Origin: Marsupella aquatica | Lineage: Eukaryota > Plantae > Marchantiophyta | DNA: 64,000 bases | Assembly: GCA_973895155.1 (NCBI GenBank) | Contig: OZ316894.1 | Coordinates: forward strand, 18,134,563 to 18,198,562 | Direction of reading: 5' to 3' | Shown here: one piece after another, positions 38,101-51,600 of the stretch | How the letters are laid out: each line of letters opens with the position of its first letter | Numbering within the stretch: position 1 is the first letter of the stretch | The notes under the pieces: model-generated | What the model saw: only the letters and a program-made list of their open reading frames with translations | Told to the model about the DNA's origin: nothing | Databases searched by the model: none | Made by a program: the position numbers and the translations under genes

Positions 38101-38219
38101 GATGACCTCTTTTGCAGAAATGCAGAGGGGTTAGGGTTTAGGCACTATAATCAGATCCTGCAAATGTGGCCACGCTGCTTGGAGGAAGATTGAGTAGCCC
38201 TGAAAGAACTTAGTGGCTC

Positions 38220-41200
38220 ATGGCTGCTGGAAAGAATACAGAGCCGGAGATTAGTGTGTCTGGAGAGGTGGACAAAATTGGGGACCAAGAACAACAGGGG
38301 GTGCTTCTTTACTACAAATTTGTGCAGATTGATGAGCCTGAGAAGACGAAGACCTGGCTTTTGGACTTGTCCGCCTCTCTTCGTCTCCTGGGTCGAATCC
38401 GTGTGGCTCTTGATGGGATAAATGTCACGGTGGGTGGATTCACGATGTCTTTGGCCTTCATCGCTTCATCTACCAATGTCCAACATGTTCATTTTTATTT
38501 TTGTTTATTTAGCCGAAGTAGAGAATTGGTGTCATTTGATGGTTGTAATTTGTTAACACACACTGTCACATGCTCGGCGACCTAAATGTGGCAGCTTCGT
38601 TTGTGAAGGTTGGCGGGACAATGCAGGCATTGCATGAACATATCCAGTTGGTTGGCGCAAACCCTCTCTTTGAAGGCACCGACTTCAAGCTGGCCTATGG
38701 TGTTGGTAATGTCAACCACAGAGTTGCTGCTGAGACTGGGTTCACTTCCCTATCAGCTAGAATCGTGAAGGTAATTACTAATTGCGGGTCCTAGCTCTTT
38801 TCAATTTCGTACTCAGAGTATGTATTTTCAATAACACTGGAGGACTCCTCTTGACTGCCTTTCCCACTGTAGCGCTTGATAATCGCAGCTTGCTTGCAGG
38901 TTTTCCACTGGCTATGGCTATTTTAATATTTGTCTCTCGTGCTTTGTTTATGGGGTCAGGAGCTGGTTACTCTGGGCCTTCCTTCTTCTGTGAAGCCACC
39001 CTCGTTGGCGATGGCTGGCCAGCATGTCACTGCTCAGGAATTTCATAAAATTTTGGAAGATTGCGCCATGCTTTCAGACGCGAATGAAAGGAGCAATTCT
39101 CCGATGAATGGCGCGGATTCTCCTGTCCCCTCGAGCAATGTGACTGTAAGCTCTGGTGGACCTGGAACTACGGGCCATGCTTCTGCTGCAAGTCAATCAA
39201 AGGAGCTAGAGGGGACAGCCTGTTCTAAGAAAACTGTGGTTTTAGACGCAAGGAATATATATGAGACAAGGATTGGCAAGTTTCGTCCCCCCAAAGGTGT
39301 AGAAGTCATGGATCCCCTGGTCCGCAAGTATTGTGATCTGCCCAGGTGGATTGATGACCATGAAGATCACCTCCGCAACAGTCAGATACTGATGTAATCA
39401 TCCTCGTACCTTATACATTCATGCCAGTTTCTGGAAAGGATCGTATGCTCCGGGTGCCTGCCTCACGAAAAATGTTCTGCTCTCTTATTGCCAAACTTTG
39501 TTGAATGGCCTGTCAGGTATTGCACCGGTGGTGTACGCTGCGAAATGGCATCAGCATATATTCGTAGCAAAGGGACAGGATTTGAAGATGTATCCCAGGT
39601 ACCTCAGCTCATAGTGGCAGAAGGCAACTTTTGTTTTTAGAAATATCAGTACCGTAGATACTGGTAGCAAAGGAACAGAACTTCTAAGATGTACCCCAGA
39701 TATCGCAGCTCCAGTAGCGCAGGGCAGTTTTTGGTTTCAGTAGATTTCAGTTTGAAAGTATGGGACCTAGAATACTTTTGTGCTTTTGTAAAGAAGCAGC
39801 AACGCCCGGTTGACTGACTGTTGTTTGTTCTGATTTTGCCCATTTAATAGCTCTCAGGGGGTGTCCAGAGATATTTGGAAGCTTTCTCTGATGGGGGCTA
39901 TTTTTCTGGAAAGAATTTTGTTTTCGATCACAGGTATGGCTTAGGTCTTGTTGTGACTTACTGTCGGAACGGCTATATGAACGATGATATGGTGTTTGGG
40001 CTTCGCAAGTAAGTAGTTGCAGAGTTTTGGAATCTGACATAGATCACCTGCACGTGCCCCCCCGTAGATTGGCCGTTCCGAGTTCAAACCAGGAGGTGGT
40101 GGGGTCTTGCTTATTGTGCAATTCTCCTTTTGATGACTACTCTTCTCGCTGCCGGTGCTCGCTATGCCGAATGCTTGTTTTAGTTTGCAATGCCTGCCAG
40201 GTTTGTTTGCTTTTACTTCATATGGCTCTCCAGTAATTCTTTTAATGTCGCGCTCTAATTGGCCTAATTTTAATATGTGCCTTGCGCTCTAATTGGCAGG
40301 ATTCTGGGCACTAATTCATGCACGTTAAGAAAGAAACACTTGATTTCCAGAACCATGTTTTTGGACCCGTGCCGAAATCATACTAATATGCTTCCGTGTA
40401 TCCAGGTCACTGCTGGTCAAAGGCATGGTGGCCCAAAGTACATGTGCGAACTCTGCAATGAGGAGAAGAAGACTTCCACAACTAGAAGACTTGTTGATTC
40501 TCTGCCTTCCGAAGCACGTATTGTCGGCCATGAACCAGGAGTGCCGCTTTCTGAAAGCAGAGGTTCAAAAATCTGAAAATTGGTTAGCTAGATAACCTGG
40601 CAATGTTTTCGAAGAGGACTCCACACCTGTGAAAGGAGTCTAGGGGTAATTACCTTGTCACGGCAATCTTGCTAGCAAAAGTACAGTACTTGGAGATTGT
40701 TAATGTTTTTTCACTTACATTCTATCCTACCCGGTTCCTTTGTGGTGGTGCAGATGAGGTGCGGCAGAGGAAGTTGACGATCTTGTGTTTGCATGGCTTT
40801 CGCCAAAGTGCTAGCAGTCTGAAGGGAAGATGGAATTCTTTAAGAAAGAAACTCCGTCAGCATGCTGAGTTCGTTTATGTTGATGCACCTCATGAAGTAC
40901 GGTGCCAGCAGCAGAAGTTGGAAACCTCTGTCAAGCAAGAAACCACGAGTGACGGTCAAAGCAATGAAGACCTTTCTTCTACGGGTTCCTTTGTTGATGA
41001 TGAGACAAGAGACAGGGTTGCAAGGAAATTTTCCAAGAAGTTTGCATGGCTCGTCAGTCCAGCAACAGTGGCAGGGGATGCGGCAACTGAGCCTCCTCCA
41101 AGTTTAGCTGAAAACAAACTCCTTGTCGCAACATGCCATCATCTGGGAGAGCAACCTGGTAACGCTGCTGCTACGCACGTGAATGAAAGCATGACCCAAA

Positions 41201-41814
41201 TACGAAATTCTTTGACCCAATGTGAAAATTGTGATGGAAAGCTTAGAAATGCTACAACACGAGCGTCATTAGAATCCGTAGAGGAGAATTCGATGGCATC
41301 TCGAGGTGATCCCGTAGGTACAGCGGCAGGATTGGATCTCATGGCTACAATCCCGCAGTCTATACAATACAGAACACAAACTGACGGATGGTCAAGATCA
41401 TGGCTTCATCTGAAGCGTGTTTTTATTGAACAGGGTCCATTTGATGGAGTCCTTGGGTTCTCTCAAGGGGCTGCAATTGCTGCAGTCCTCTGCACCAGGA
41501 GGAGCACCATCATCAGTCAGCACGATGAACTACTCAGTTTTCGTTTTGCAATCTTATGTTCTGGTTTTGTTTCACCAGCTGTGGAGCATCAGCAGCTGAT
41601 GTCAACGGCTACCATTGATTGTCCATCACTGCATATTTTTGGGGGCAGTTCCGGACATGATCGGCAGATTGGAGTACATGAAAGTGAGGAATTGGCATCC
41701 TTGTTCCGGTCAGAGAAGCGTTTGATAGTCCGACACAGCATGGGGCACATAGTTCCTACCCAGCCAGAGTACGTGCAGCAGTATCTAGAATTTCTTAGAC
41801 AATTCACGTCATAG
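38220..41814 (+). CDS. STR6: Rhodanese-like domain protein 6 (TrhO/YceA/TSTD2-type module fused to an FSH1 serine hydrolase). Exons 38220-38429, 38609-38770, 38960-39393, 39517-39598, 39851-39933, 40068-40200, 40406-40562, 40754-41814
   Basis: Rhodanese/TrhO motifs VLLYYKF, LLGRIRVALDGINVTVGG, LDARNIYETRIGKF, MYCTGGVRCE, LSGGVQRYLE..GKNFVFDHR and CxxC motifs. FSH1 motifs LCLHGFRQ, GPFDGVLGFSQGA, PSLHIFG..DRQI and HSMGHIVP. Junctions keep frame. Confidence 0.9.
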
Positions 41815-42427
41815 CCACTAACCGCTTTGGAGCCGTAATTGGGAGTAGGTAGGTGAAATCGACACTTGATTTTCATTCAGGTTTTTAGATTTTAGGTGCA
41901 AGCTGCCCAAGATTCTACTGAAGAAATTGGTTGTCTATAAACTAAAGGGTGGATGAAAGGTTTTTGAGTGTACATGCGAACTGTGTATCCAATCAATTTT
42001 GCTCTCAAAGTTTTAGTAACCACACATTTTATTTTTTTTCGTTCAGGGAAAGACACTACAGTAGGTTGTTGGACTAAGGAGTTACCCAAAGTGTTGACCT
42101 TCGGCTGATAGAGTACAATTGCCTTACGCAGTGATACTCCATGTGAGATTGTCATGACTCCTAGGAATTCCACCAATAAAGGTTTGGTATTAACATTGAA
42201 TTTCCAACTGGTATCAAAGTCGTGCACATGTAATCCATGACTGGCTTCTACTGCATTGTTCTGTCAAGCATCCCCAATGTTGGAGCCCATCTTGTTAGTC
42301 CTTGTTTGGATCATCGCTTGTCTCAAGAAGCCTACGCAGAGCGTTGCACAACAGTTCTTGTTAGGGGAACTTGCCAACACATGTGGAAAGGTACGGAGTA
42401 ATGCGATCAGCAGCAGCGGTAACAAGT

Positions 42428-42532
42428 TCAGTGCATGAAGTGCTGATGAAGGCATACAGCTGTATGATGGCACTTTCTCTTTCAGTGCGTGAAGTGCTGA
42501 TAAAGGCATACAGCGATATTATACCACTCTCT
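42428..42532. repeat. 54-bp tandem duplication
   Basis: ttcagtgc.tgaagtgctgat.aaggcatacagc occurs twice. Confidence 0.85.
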
Positions 42533-45500
42533 TCTACTTTCGATTGACTGACAATGCGTTGTACCTTGGTAGCACTTCCTGACGTAATTTACGTCGCTCC
42601 TGGTCACAAAACCACACATGTTTTTCATGTCACAAACACTCTTTCTAAAGAATACTCAAAGTAGAGCAAACAGTTAAAAATTATATACAATTTTCCGTTC
42701 CTTTTGTGCAGCAAGTAGCCAATTAGATCTGGGACCGCTCTTGCAAGTGTGGTGACAGTGAAATACCTCACCCTTCTCCGAACTTGCAATGTTCGTGTAC
42801 TTCTCTTTTGAAGGTATTCTGAATTTGCCAGCTTGGTGACTATGATTGACTACTTCACTGACTAACTTCTGGAGGAAAGCTACCGAAGCAACCTGTTGCG
42901 TCATCTTCAGTCAATAACTTGCAACTTATTAATATCTCCTCGCCTAAAACAGGAGTGAGTATTTACAAAATCTTTCTAGAAATTCCTGGTTCTGTTTAAA
43001 ACTCAAGGTCGATTCTCCTCTTTGAAATGTTTGTGAATTGATAAGTTCTCCACAAATATCCACTGATAAGCAGCTACAGTAATTAAGGCAGCTAGTCTTC
43101 GAAGGGTCTGCATTGTCCAAAGGAAAGCATTTCGATCCTGTCCAGTGAGGTGTCAGAGAAACTCCCATATCATCCAACATCTTTTCCGAACCAAATTCCT
43201 GTCCAGATGGGTGTCAGAAATCGCCCAATCATCCAAGATCCTTAACCCAAGATACCTCAATAATCCATGCCGCAAAGAGCTTCGTCGAGCTAATATTGTA
43301 TATCTTGTCCCCAGAAATTTAATTATCCAAGCAATACGATATGGACCGAATCGAAAGAATCAAAAAGACTCATACACTACACCTCTCATCCTCGGACATA
43401 AGCGCTCTACCTAAAAAACATGAAGAGGCAGAAAAACAAGCAGATAAAAAGGATGAGCCAGTCTATTCCGCGTGTAAATCGAAAATATGTCACCAACAAT
43501 ACCATTTAAAGGGTGACATGAACTAGTACAAGAAATTGACGAAGGTCATTATTCCTTTATACTGTGTAGCCCTTGAAATTATTTCCTTGACTGGTTATTT
43601 TTTTCAATATGACAACCTTGAAATGGATGTGTTGTCTGGGACAATTATTGGTTGACAGACAAAAGAATAATCTTTGAATGAGATCTTTCCAAATCCAAAG
43701 TGAAATATGGAGTGTGCCACTAAACTACAAAACATTTCCAGTTACCTTTCAGGTGCTACAGGATACACCTTCATTGACCAATGCCAATGGGTCACTTGCC
43801 ATTCTTCTTCTCAGGTGACTCAGGCAAATCCTTTCAACGCGTTTCAATTTATATTGTCGACGTCACTATCAATCTTCTGTCAATCAAGATTTTTGAGTAG
43901 CGACATCTTGCCTATTGCTGGGAAAGCTGTAGAGCAGAGCTAGGTCCCAAAGCCAAAGCAGAGAGCATTCCGTCTCTCACGAGTGGGTACAGATTCATCA
44001 CAAGGGCTTCCCAAGTGGATACCGTCGCATACATAAAGATGCAAATAGTCTGCATCCAAACAGTGAAAGACAGGGAGGCACTAGAATTGGTTAGTTTGTG
44101 CTTCAATGTTATTTAACAACACTGGGCCATTCTGTTATTCCTAAGCTAGCTATAGCCACGCAAATCAATCATGCAAATCTGTGTCGAATAATACTTCCAA
44201 TGAGGAGGAAATGCCAATACCAGTTGGAAAGAACGAATCCTCATAAGATTAAAAGCAAATGATTATAACAGACCAAACCAGACTCCATCATCATGTCCCG
44301 AAGTGAGCTTTAAATCAAGGCCCCTACCTACCGCTTGGCTCAAGGTCACACCATGCTCTCCCAGTGCAAGGAAGTTCAAATTAGACATTCTACAACGCCG
44401 ATGAAAGGTGTATCAGGTTTTTACAGGATATATGCACCTGACCCTACATAACTATGAAGCTCATGAGGAGGGCGTTCGGGGAAAGAGACGTGCATAGCAG
44501 TCGACCAGAGGGATAGCGCTTAGGATTAAAAGGGGGCAGCTCTACTCGTCAAGAGACAAAACAGTTGAAGAGATTTCTGAAGACTTCCTTCAAGCTCCAC
44601 GCCATCCGATTTCCAACGAAATGCATAACACAGATAATTCAACTTCGCAACATGTCAAATGATCCAGATAGTTGGCGTAGTTCATTTTGCTGGATCCGTG
44701 GAGATTCTTTGAGACATTATATCGTTCCGCTATTAAATAGCAGAAGAGTTGAGAAGGTGAAATACTCTAATGGATACCATAAGAGTATCCGATCGAACTT
44801 TTGTAGCAAGACAGAGATACTAGTCAAACCATTGCCAGATACTGTCTAAACCTAACTTCTCCATCCTGGTCCAAATCGTTCCCAACCCCGAAACAATTCT
44901 TTCGACGACAGCAAGTCAGTATGACCAAACAAATTGTCCTCATTAAATCCAGATTGATTAATCGTTCCTTACTCAAGTACCCTTTTTCACAAGAATAAAA
45001 TCCAGAATGCAAGATCGTATTCCCCCGATTTTCCAACCAACAGCGATTCAGATAGACAGCTACCTGTTGCAAAGAAGAGATGCCCACAAGGTGCTCGAAG
45101 CAGAACCTTCCAGCAACACGGAACCCCTATTATATGTGCCAGAAGCATGCCCTCCAATCATCCCATTGAAGAAGATCTTGCTTTATTTGCACAAGAACGT
45201 GTCCATTCGCCAGTGCAAGGAGTAAACCCAGGCAGCTTTATATAGTGCCTGATGTATTGAAGCTGTAAAAAATTAATCTGATACCGCTGACCTGCCCACA
45301 CAGAATAGCATCTGAAACTTAAGCAGGTCTTTTATGACCATGTGCTTTACCAGGTGCCGCTGGAGGTAGTGATCTAGCAGAGCGTCTATCTGCGTGAGTC
45401 AATCATAGAGAACACAGAATAAGGAGGTTTGCAATGGTGCATTAAAAACTTTACCCTTAAAAGCATAGAAACCCCTCAAACGATAAAAGGAGCCGTAAGA

Positions 45501-45609
45501 GCTACCAAATTAAGGCTAAACACAAAACATTTACATTGCTGATTATTTTCGCCACTAAAATAATCTGCATTCATCGTACTGCTCTCTACAGTCTCGTTGA
45601 ATTTCAGCC

Positions 45610-48600
45610 TCATTCGAACTTACTCATAGAAGAGGGCCCATATGACAAATTTTGTGCGCAAGGTTGGGAGTAGCCAGCTTGACCCCAATTGGAGATGTTG
45701 GGGTCGGTACCAAATTGGACCCAAGTACTTGTAGGAGAGCCCATGTTGGGCCCAGCCCCACCTGGAGGACACAAGCCTGACATAGGGAGACCAGGTCCTG
45801 AATGCCTACCCCACTGTGCCTGACTTAAATGCCCATTGGGAACATGGTTTCCACTTTCACCAATTGTCTGACCAAGGCCGGCTTCTGTACTGGAAGAAGC
45901 TTCGGGGGAGGGTTGCAGCACCCCGTAGTGTGAGTGGGATTGTGGTCCAAGGCGGCTTGAAGAAGAATGGCTTGCATGCTTAGGAGAATGCTGAATATGA
46001 GGTGGGTATTGCTGTCCAAGGGGAGAGCTTTTCGGAGAAACTCCGCTCCCTTTGCCGTTTCCCATCATACCAGGATTCCCTTGAGTGGTACCATTTGATC
46101 TGAAATATGACAGACACGCAGTCAAGATTCCCAAGATTCCTTGTGTTCTTCATCTCTTCACACTGAGACCTATAGTAGGACAAGAATTTAGGGAAAGCAA
46201 AAACGTTGTTGGAGCAAAAACAGAGCCCTCAGTTTCAAGTTCCAACCAGCTTTCAAGCCATTCCGTTCATCAGTAGCCAGCACAGAAAGACAGGTTTCAT
46301 GACCCAAGCGGAAAGGGAGTCTTAAGAGTACCTGGACTGACCACTGAATGAGGTGCTCGGTCCATGCCACTGTCCTGTCCAAAATGGGCCAACTCCTTGA
46401 CCAGGACCAGAGTAGGGCTCTGTCCCTAAACGAGCAATTCCATTGGAAATTTCATTGGCATCCATAGCAGAAACACCTGAAGACGATGCTTCACTTGGAT
46501 CTCCTAATAATTGTTCATCACTTCAGATAGAAGGCAAAACCAATCAAGAACAGAGAAATGTCAATTTTGAAAGAGAATCTAACTCGATTCGTGACCAACG
46601 CCAGAGATAGAAGTACAAATAAGCACTCCACTGTATAGGGCTTTGGCGGTAGTATGGAGCTCAGAGACTGAATCGAGACACTGCCTGAACAAGATGGATC
46701 ACACACCTCATCGTACATCTTTAGACAAATGTTACAATTTGAAGATCAAGAAAGAAAACCACCACCAACACTGTTGCAATTCTTATTCCCGAAGGACCAA
46801 AACCAGGTGCTAAAACAGCCGAAAGTGACAAAATATACCTGTAACTAGGGTCCCAATCTTTTGGGTCTGGGGGGGCCGGATGTTCTTCACCTGCTTCAGA
46901 AACATTATCCGGTGCATTTAGAAACGCACCAAGAGTGCCATCCCCAAATCCAGTAGATGTTCCCTGGTTAAAATGAGTAGCTCCCGGGCCATTTCGCTGC
47001 TTTTGCATAAAGTTGGGACCGAGAAGACCTCCACCTCTCATAAACGAGTCATTTCCATTGACATTTGGGTACTGATGGCGTGACCAGTTGTTTTGATAAG
47101 CCATCTTTGATAAAGAACTTGCACCAGCTCGAGCAGGAGATGTAGGAGCAGACCTACCTGGAGAGAGGTGGGATGGAGAACCGGGAGATAATAATAACTG
47201 AGAATTTGGGGACATGTGATAAATTGAGCTGGGGGATGCAGTATATGGAATTGGCGATGGATGAAAACCAGAGCCAGGCGACCCATAGAAATTAGGGACA
47301 AGAGCTTGTTGGTGATGGTGTGAGGGGCTTGCTCCCAGCGGGACAGGTCGATAATTTGAGGGGCTCATTCCAATGTGTGTTTGAACGTTTGAGACGAGCA
47401 TTCTTTGTTGGTAGGTGTCAGGACTTCCAACAAACCCTCCACCTGCAGCAGCTCCATGGTGATGACCATTCATCCCCATGGCTGCTGTATTTGGATAGCT
47501 GTTGTGCATTAATGTACACTCATAGCTCCCCAAACTGCTTCCAAGTCCAGACGGATCACCATAGCTCCCAAAGCTCCCTGCACTGCTATAGCTACTATTA
47601 TAGTGGATAGGAGGAGGAAGATACCCTTGAGTGGAGTAACGAACTGTACCCGGACCATTGACCTGCAGTCGCCGACCCGCAACAGACAGGGTCAGTAGAA
47701 GCATTAACCAATTGAACCTAAATATAAGTTAGTGGAAGGTTTCGTTGGTTAAGGTGGTTCAAAGTACCCATACGATGTTGGTGCTAAAGCTGTAAGCGGT
47801 CTCAAATGAGAATTAGTCATCGGCTTTCACGCTAAAACTCAAAAACCTTAGCAATCTACACAAGCCTACCTGTGGCGAGAGACCTCCTGAAACCCAGTGT
47901 CCTGACTGAGCGCTATGGTCCATAGGCATCCATTGACCCACGTACTGCACATTACGTCAATAGAGACCAATTTTAAAATGAATTTTGTCCCCTGTGTTTG
48001 ATAGTGGGCCATGATGGCAATGATGCAAACGAAAACAGAACAGGTGGTCATACAGCAGAAACGTGTTCAAAATCAGTGGCGCGTCAAGCTACATACAGAG
48101 CGGATCTGCTCAGGAGGCGGCCTGAATGGCACCACCGATTGCTCCCCTGTGACGAAAGGATGGTGCAGAGCCTTCAATTACCACAACCGAGAATCAGCAA
48201 ACAATACACTGAGGGGCAGCTGTCTAACCTCACAGCAGACCGATGAACATGGGTCCATAGGATTAGTTTGCAGATGACAAATCAGCGTGGGTTTTGAAAA
48301 AGATGGGCATAGTATTTACAGTAGAACTTACTTGTCCTGGTGTCCACCGCCTTGCGGGATCAAACTGTAGGACCCCGTTCAGAAAGTCCACGAATGCCAC
48401 ACGATCAAGTATGTCTGCAAAAATAAAACTCCCTCAGACACACATTGCATCCAGTCGCCTCACATCTGCAAACTATCCACCTCAAACGCAATACATGTCC
48501 TCCAAAACGAGGCTACTCTGTAGAGAAGACGATAAGAAAGTAAAGAATGCCACCCTATTTACTATGAATTTCTCGACCTGGGAGCCGTCTCTAAAAGCGA

Positions 48601-51600
48601 ATCATGTATCAATTTTATGACATTGAGATAACCAATACCTTCATCCATTTCTTCTTGAGACATCCTTTTCCTCAACGGATAGTCCACAATGATTTCCTCC
48701 AGTTTATTGTTGCCGAAGTACCTTCGCCCCACTTTTGGCTTTTGTCCTCTCTGTGTAAGTAACCATGTACAAGAATACACCTAGCCATCAGGCATTGCTT
48801 CAAGAGGATGCTCAGGGATAACCGATGAACAACATATGTGATTGGCACCTCAATACGCCCTTCCCGAGAAGTACAATACTTACAGCTTCAAGTTCAGTTT
48901 CGCTCAACAATTGATAGGCTGGACTTTGCCCTTCCGTTGCCATTTGCCCAGAAAGTGGAGCAGAACTCGTGAGCTTGAAAAATTTATTACTGACCTCAGA
49001 CTGATGTATGAGATGATCAGGAGGCTGACATCTACAATGAAAGCACATTCAATAATGAGCCACGTGCATGATGCAGGTGCTGAGTTAGCGTACGCTAGTC
49101 TAATGAATAGAAATGGTAGCCATCAGAGAAAATCAAGCTACACCAAAAGGAACCTCTTCAATAAATTGTGACTGAAATCCAGAAAAACTAGAGGCAGTGT
49201 ATCTCTTCGCCAAACTCATGCACCACAATCATGATACATTAAAGACAACTCCAAACTCCTTAAGTAGGAAAAGTAGTCAGTACCCCAAAACTTCAATCAT
49301 GAATCGAAAGAGGTCATATTCACAGGCACCCGGAAATAATGGCAATCCCAGAAACAGCTCTGCTGCAACACAAGCTAAAGACCACATATCAATGGCAGTG
49401 GTATATTTGAGCTGAAGCAGCACTTCGGGAGACCGGTAGAATCGACTCTGCATACAAAGACAGAAAAAACTTAAGGTGAGCTAAAGATGATTCCCCGTGA
49501 GACCTGGATACGCGTAAATCCAGTTCTGCGTGCACAACACCGAAGTGAGTGACACAAGAATCAACCAAGAAATTGCCTGAAATGTCACATCTTTCCTTTG
49601 CTAGCTTAGAAACTTGCCATTGCAAAAGCAGACAATTACTTGTTTTCCAGATTCTGAAACAATTACATATATCTCAACAAAAAAAGAAGAAGCCTGTTTC
49701 CAAAAACACCATAGCAACTAAGGTGTGAAATTCCATTCTCAAACGAGCCAATTGTCTCTCAACATCTTAAACAAGTTTACAGAAAGCGAATTCATGTCTA
49801 ATAGCCGTCGGCAGTGTTCAGTACCTGTATGTATGTGTATACTGTGCGGAAGTCCATACACGCAGCGCCGAAGTCAATCAGCTTGATCTCCGCCGCCTCC
49901 AAGCTACCACACAATAGCTCAATCAACATCATCCCAAGAGCTTGAAGGAGATAAATTATCACACAATAGTTCCATTTGACAGAATTCAACAGCTTGAAGG
50001 AAATAAAAATTCTCATCAGATTAACGATCTCTGAAACATAATGAGAATCGAGAAATAGAGTTACGTCAGGTCATTCGAAGACCGCGCGCATTTTAGAAAA
50101 GACCGGCAGGAGCTTAGATTGCTTAATAAAAGCGATGAGTGAACCATGTTACCTTGGTTGTAGTAAAATATTTTCGGGTTTAAGATCACAATGGAGAACT
50201 CCAGCTTCTCGCAGCGCTGTAAGAGCCTCTAGCATCTGCGTAGTCAGGAAACTGTGTCACTCGGTTCATTCCAAACAGTTTCATTTGCGGGTTCAATTGG
50301 TTGAGCAAAACTTGTCAGGTATGAAAAGCAAGACAATCAAGCATGAAGGACATTCTCAAAAACAGACAAGCAGAAAATCCAAAGCTTGGCAGTGCAGTTT
50401 TCATGGCCTCAATTTGGCTTTATGATAGACAGAGTGTTTTTGTTCTCATGCATTTCGCTTAGAAAAGACGACGCATGTCGAAAAACATTGAAGGAAATAT
50501 GAATAGAACTCAAGAAGAAAAGAGACACGCCTGTATTGTGAACCGCCTGACAAGCTTCATTGAAAGACCTTTGTGCTGATTGAGCTTCAACAACTCATAT
50601 CTGCAAGAAAAAATATCATTACATGCTGCTGCGTAGGCGTCCACTGGGCTATGCAAATTGCTCACTTCAAGTCTTGACAAAAAACCTCAATTAAATCACC
50701 ACCAATTATCTCTACTCCTATATATCTGACTTTGAGAAAGAATCTGTTGCTTCAGAAAGACACAAGACAACCTCATCGACTGCGCAGCGTAAAATTGACA
50801 TTAGCCGAAGGAAAATAGACAATTGACTCACATGAAAGGAAAGACAACCGGACAAAGAGAGCATCCCGCTAACCTAGTATAGTACATTGAAGCCTAACAT
50901 CACTATTAACTCGGCATAAGCAGGAATGGTCTTGCTTAGGGAAATTACTTACAGATTGGCGTTCAGAAGCTCAAAAACCAAACATAAGTGACCCGCAAAC
51001 TCAAAGTGATCCAGAATTCGCACAATCTTGTACCTTTCTGTGTACTTGTGGAGCTGAATTTTCACAAAGCCTTCGTCAGTCGTCACAAACGGAGACTATA
51101 ATCATCTATACAATGGTTAAGCTCCACATTGTACCCAACTATATTAAACACATAGAGCGCAAACAAGCATGATCAACTGAGCTCATTAGGCAAATATTGA
51201 AAGAACAACACAGGTGTAGAGAGAAAAGAGAGTAACAGCAACATACCCGATAGCAAATACCGATCTCAACTTTTGCCTGATTATAGTAAGCAGGTTGGTT
51301 TTTTATTACTTTCACGGCTACGTCCCCTTGAACGTTTGGGTCAGTCGACGAACACCTGCAAACTTGCCCAAACGATCCCTTGCCCAGCGTGTCCTTCACA
51401 ACATACCTATGGAACCCATACTTTTCATCAAAAATATATCCAACTTCACGTAATTTGCTTTACACTCCATACCGAGAAAAGGCGACACGTAGTTTCGTTT
51501 GAAGAACAATATATTAACCAACATTACTAGTCCGACCTATACGGGATCTACTAGAAAGGGAAAAGACCCATGCTATCCCTAAACAATCTTCCTCTCCACC

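Noticed and set aside
41815-45609. Additional gene between STR6 and YAK1 (and at 14900-16400 and 35300-36700)
   Set aside because: Only short ORFs without recognisable motifs or a consistent exon chain; probably UTR or decayed repeat, though a small or diverged gene cannot be excluded.
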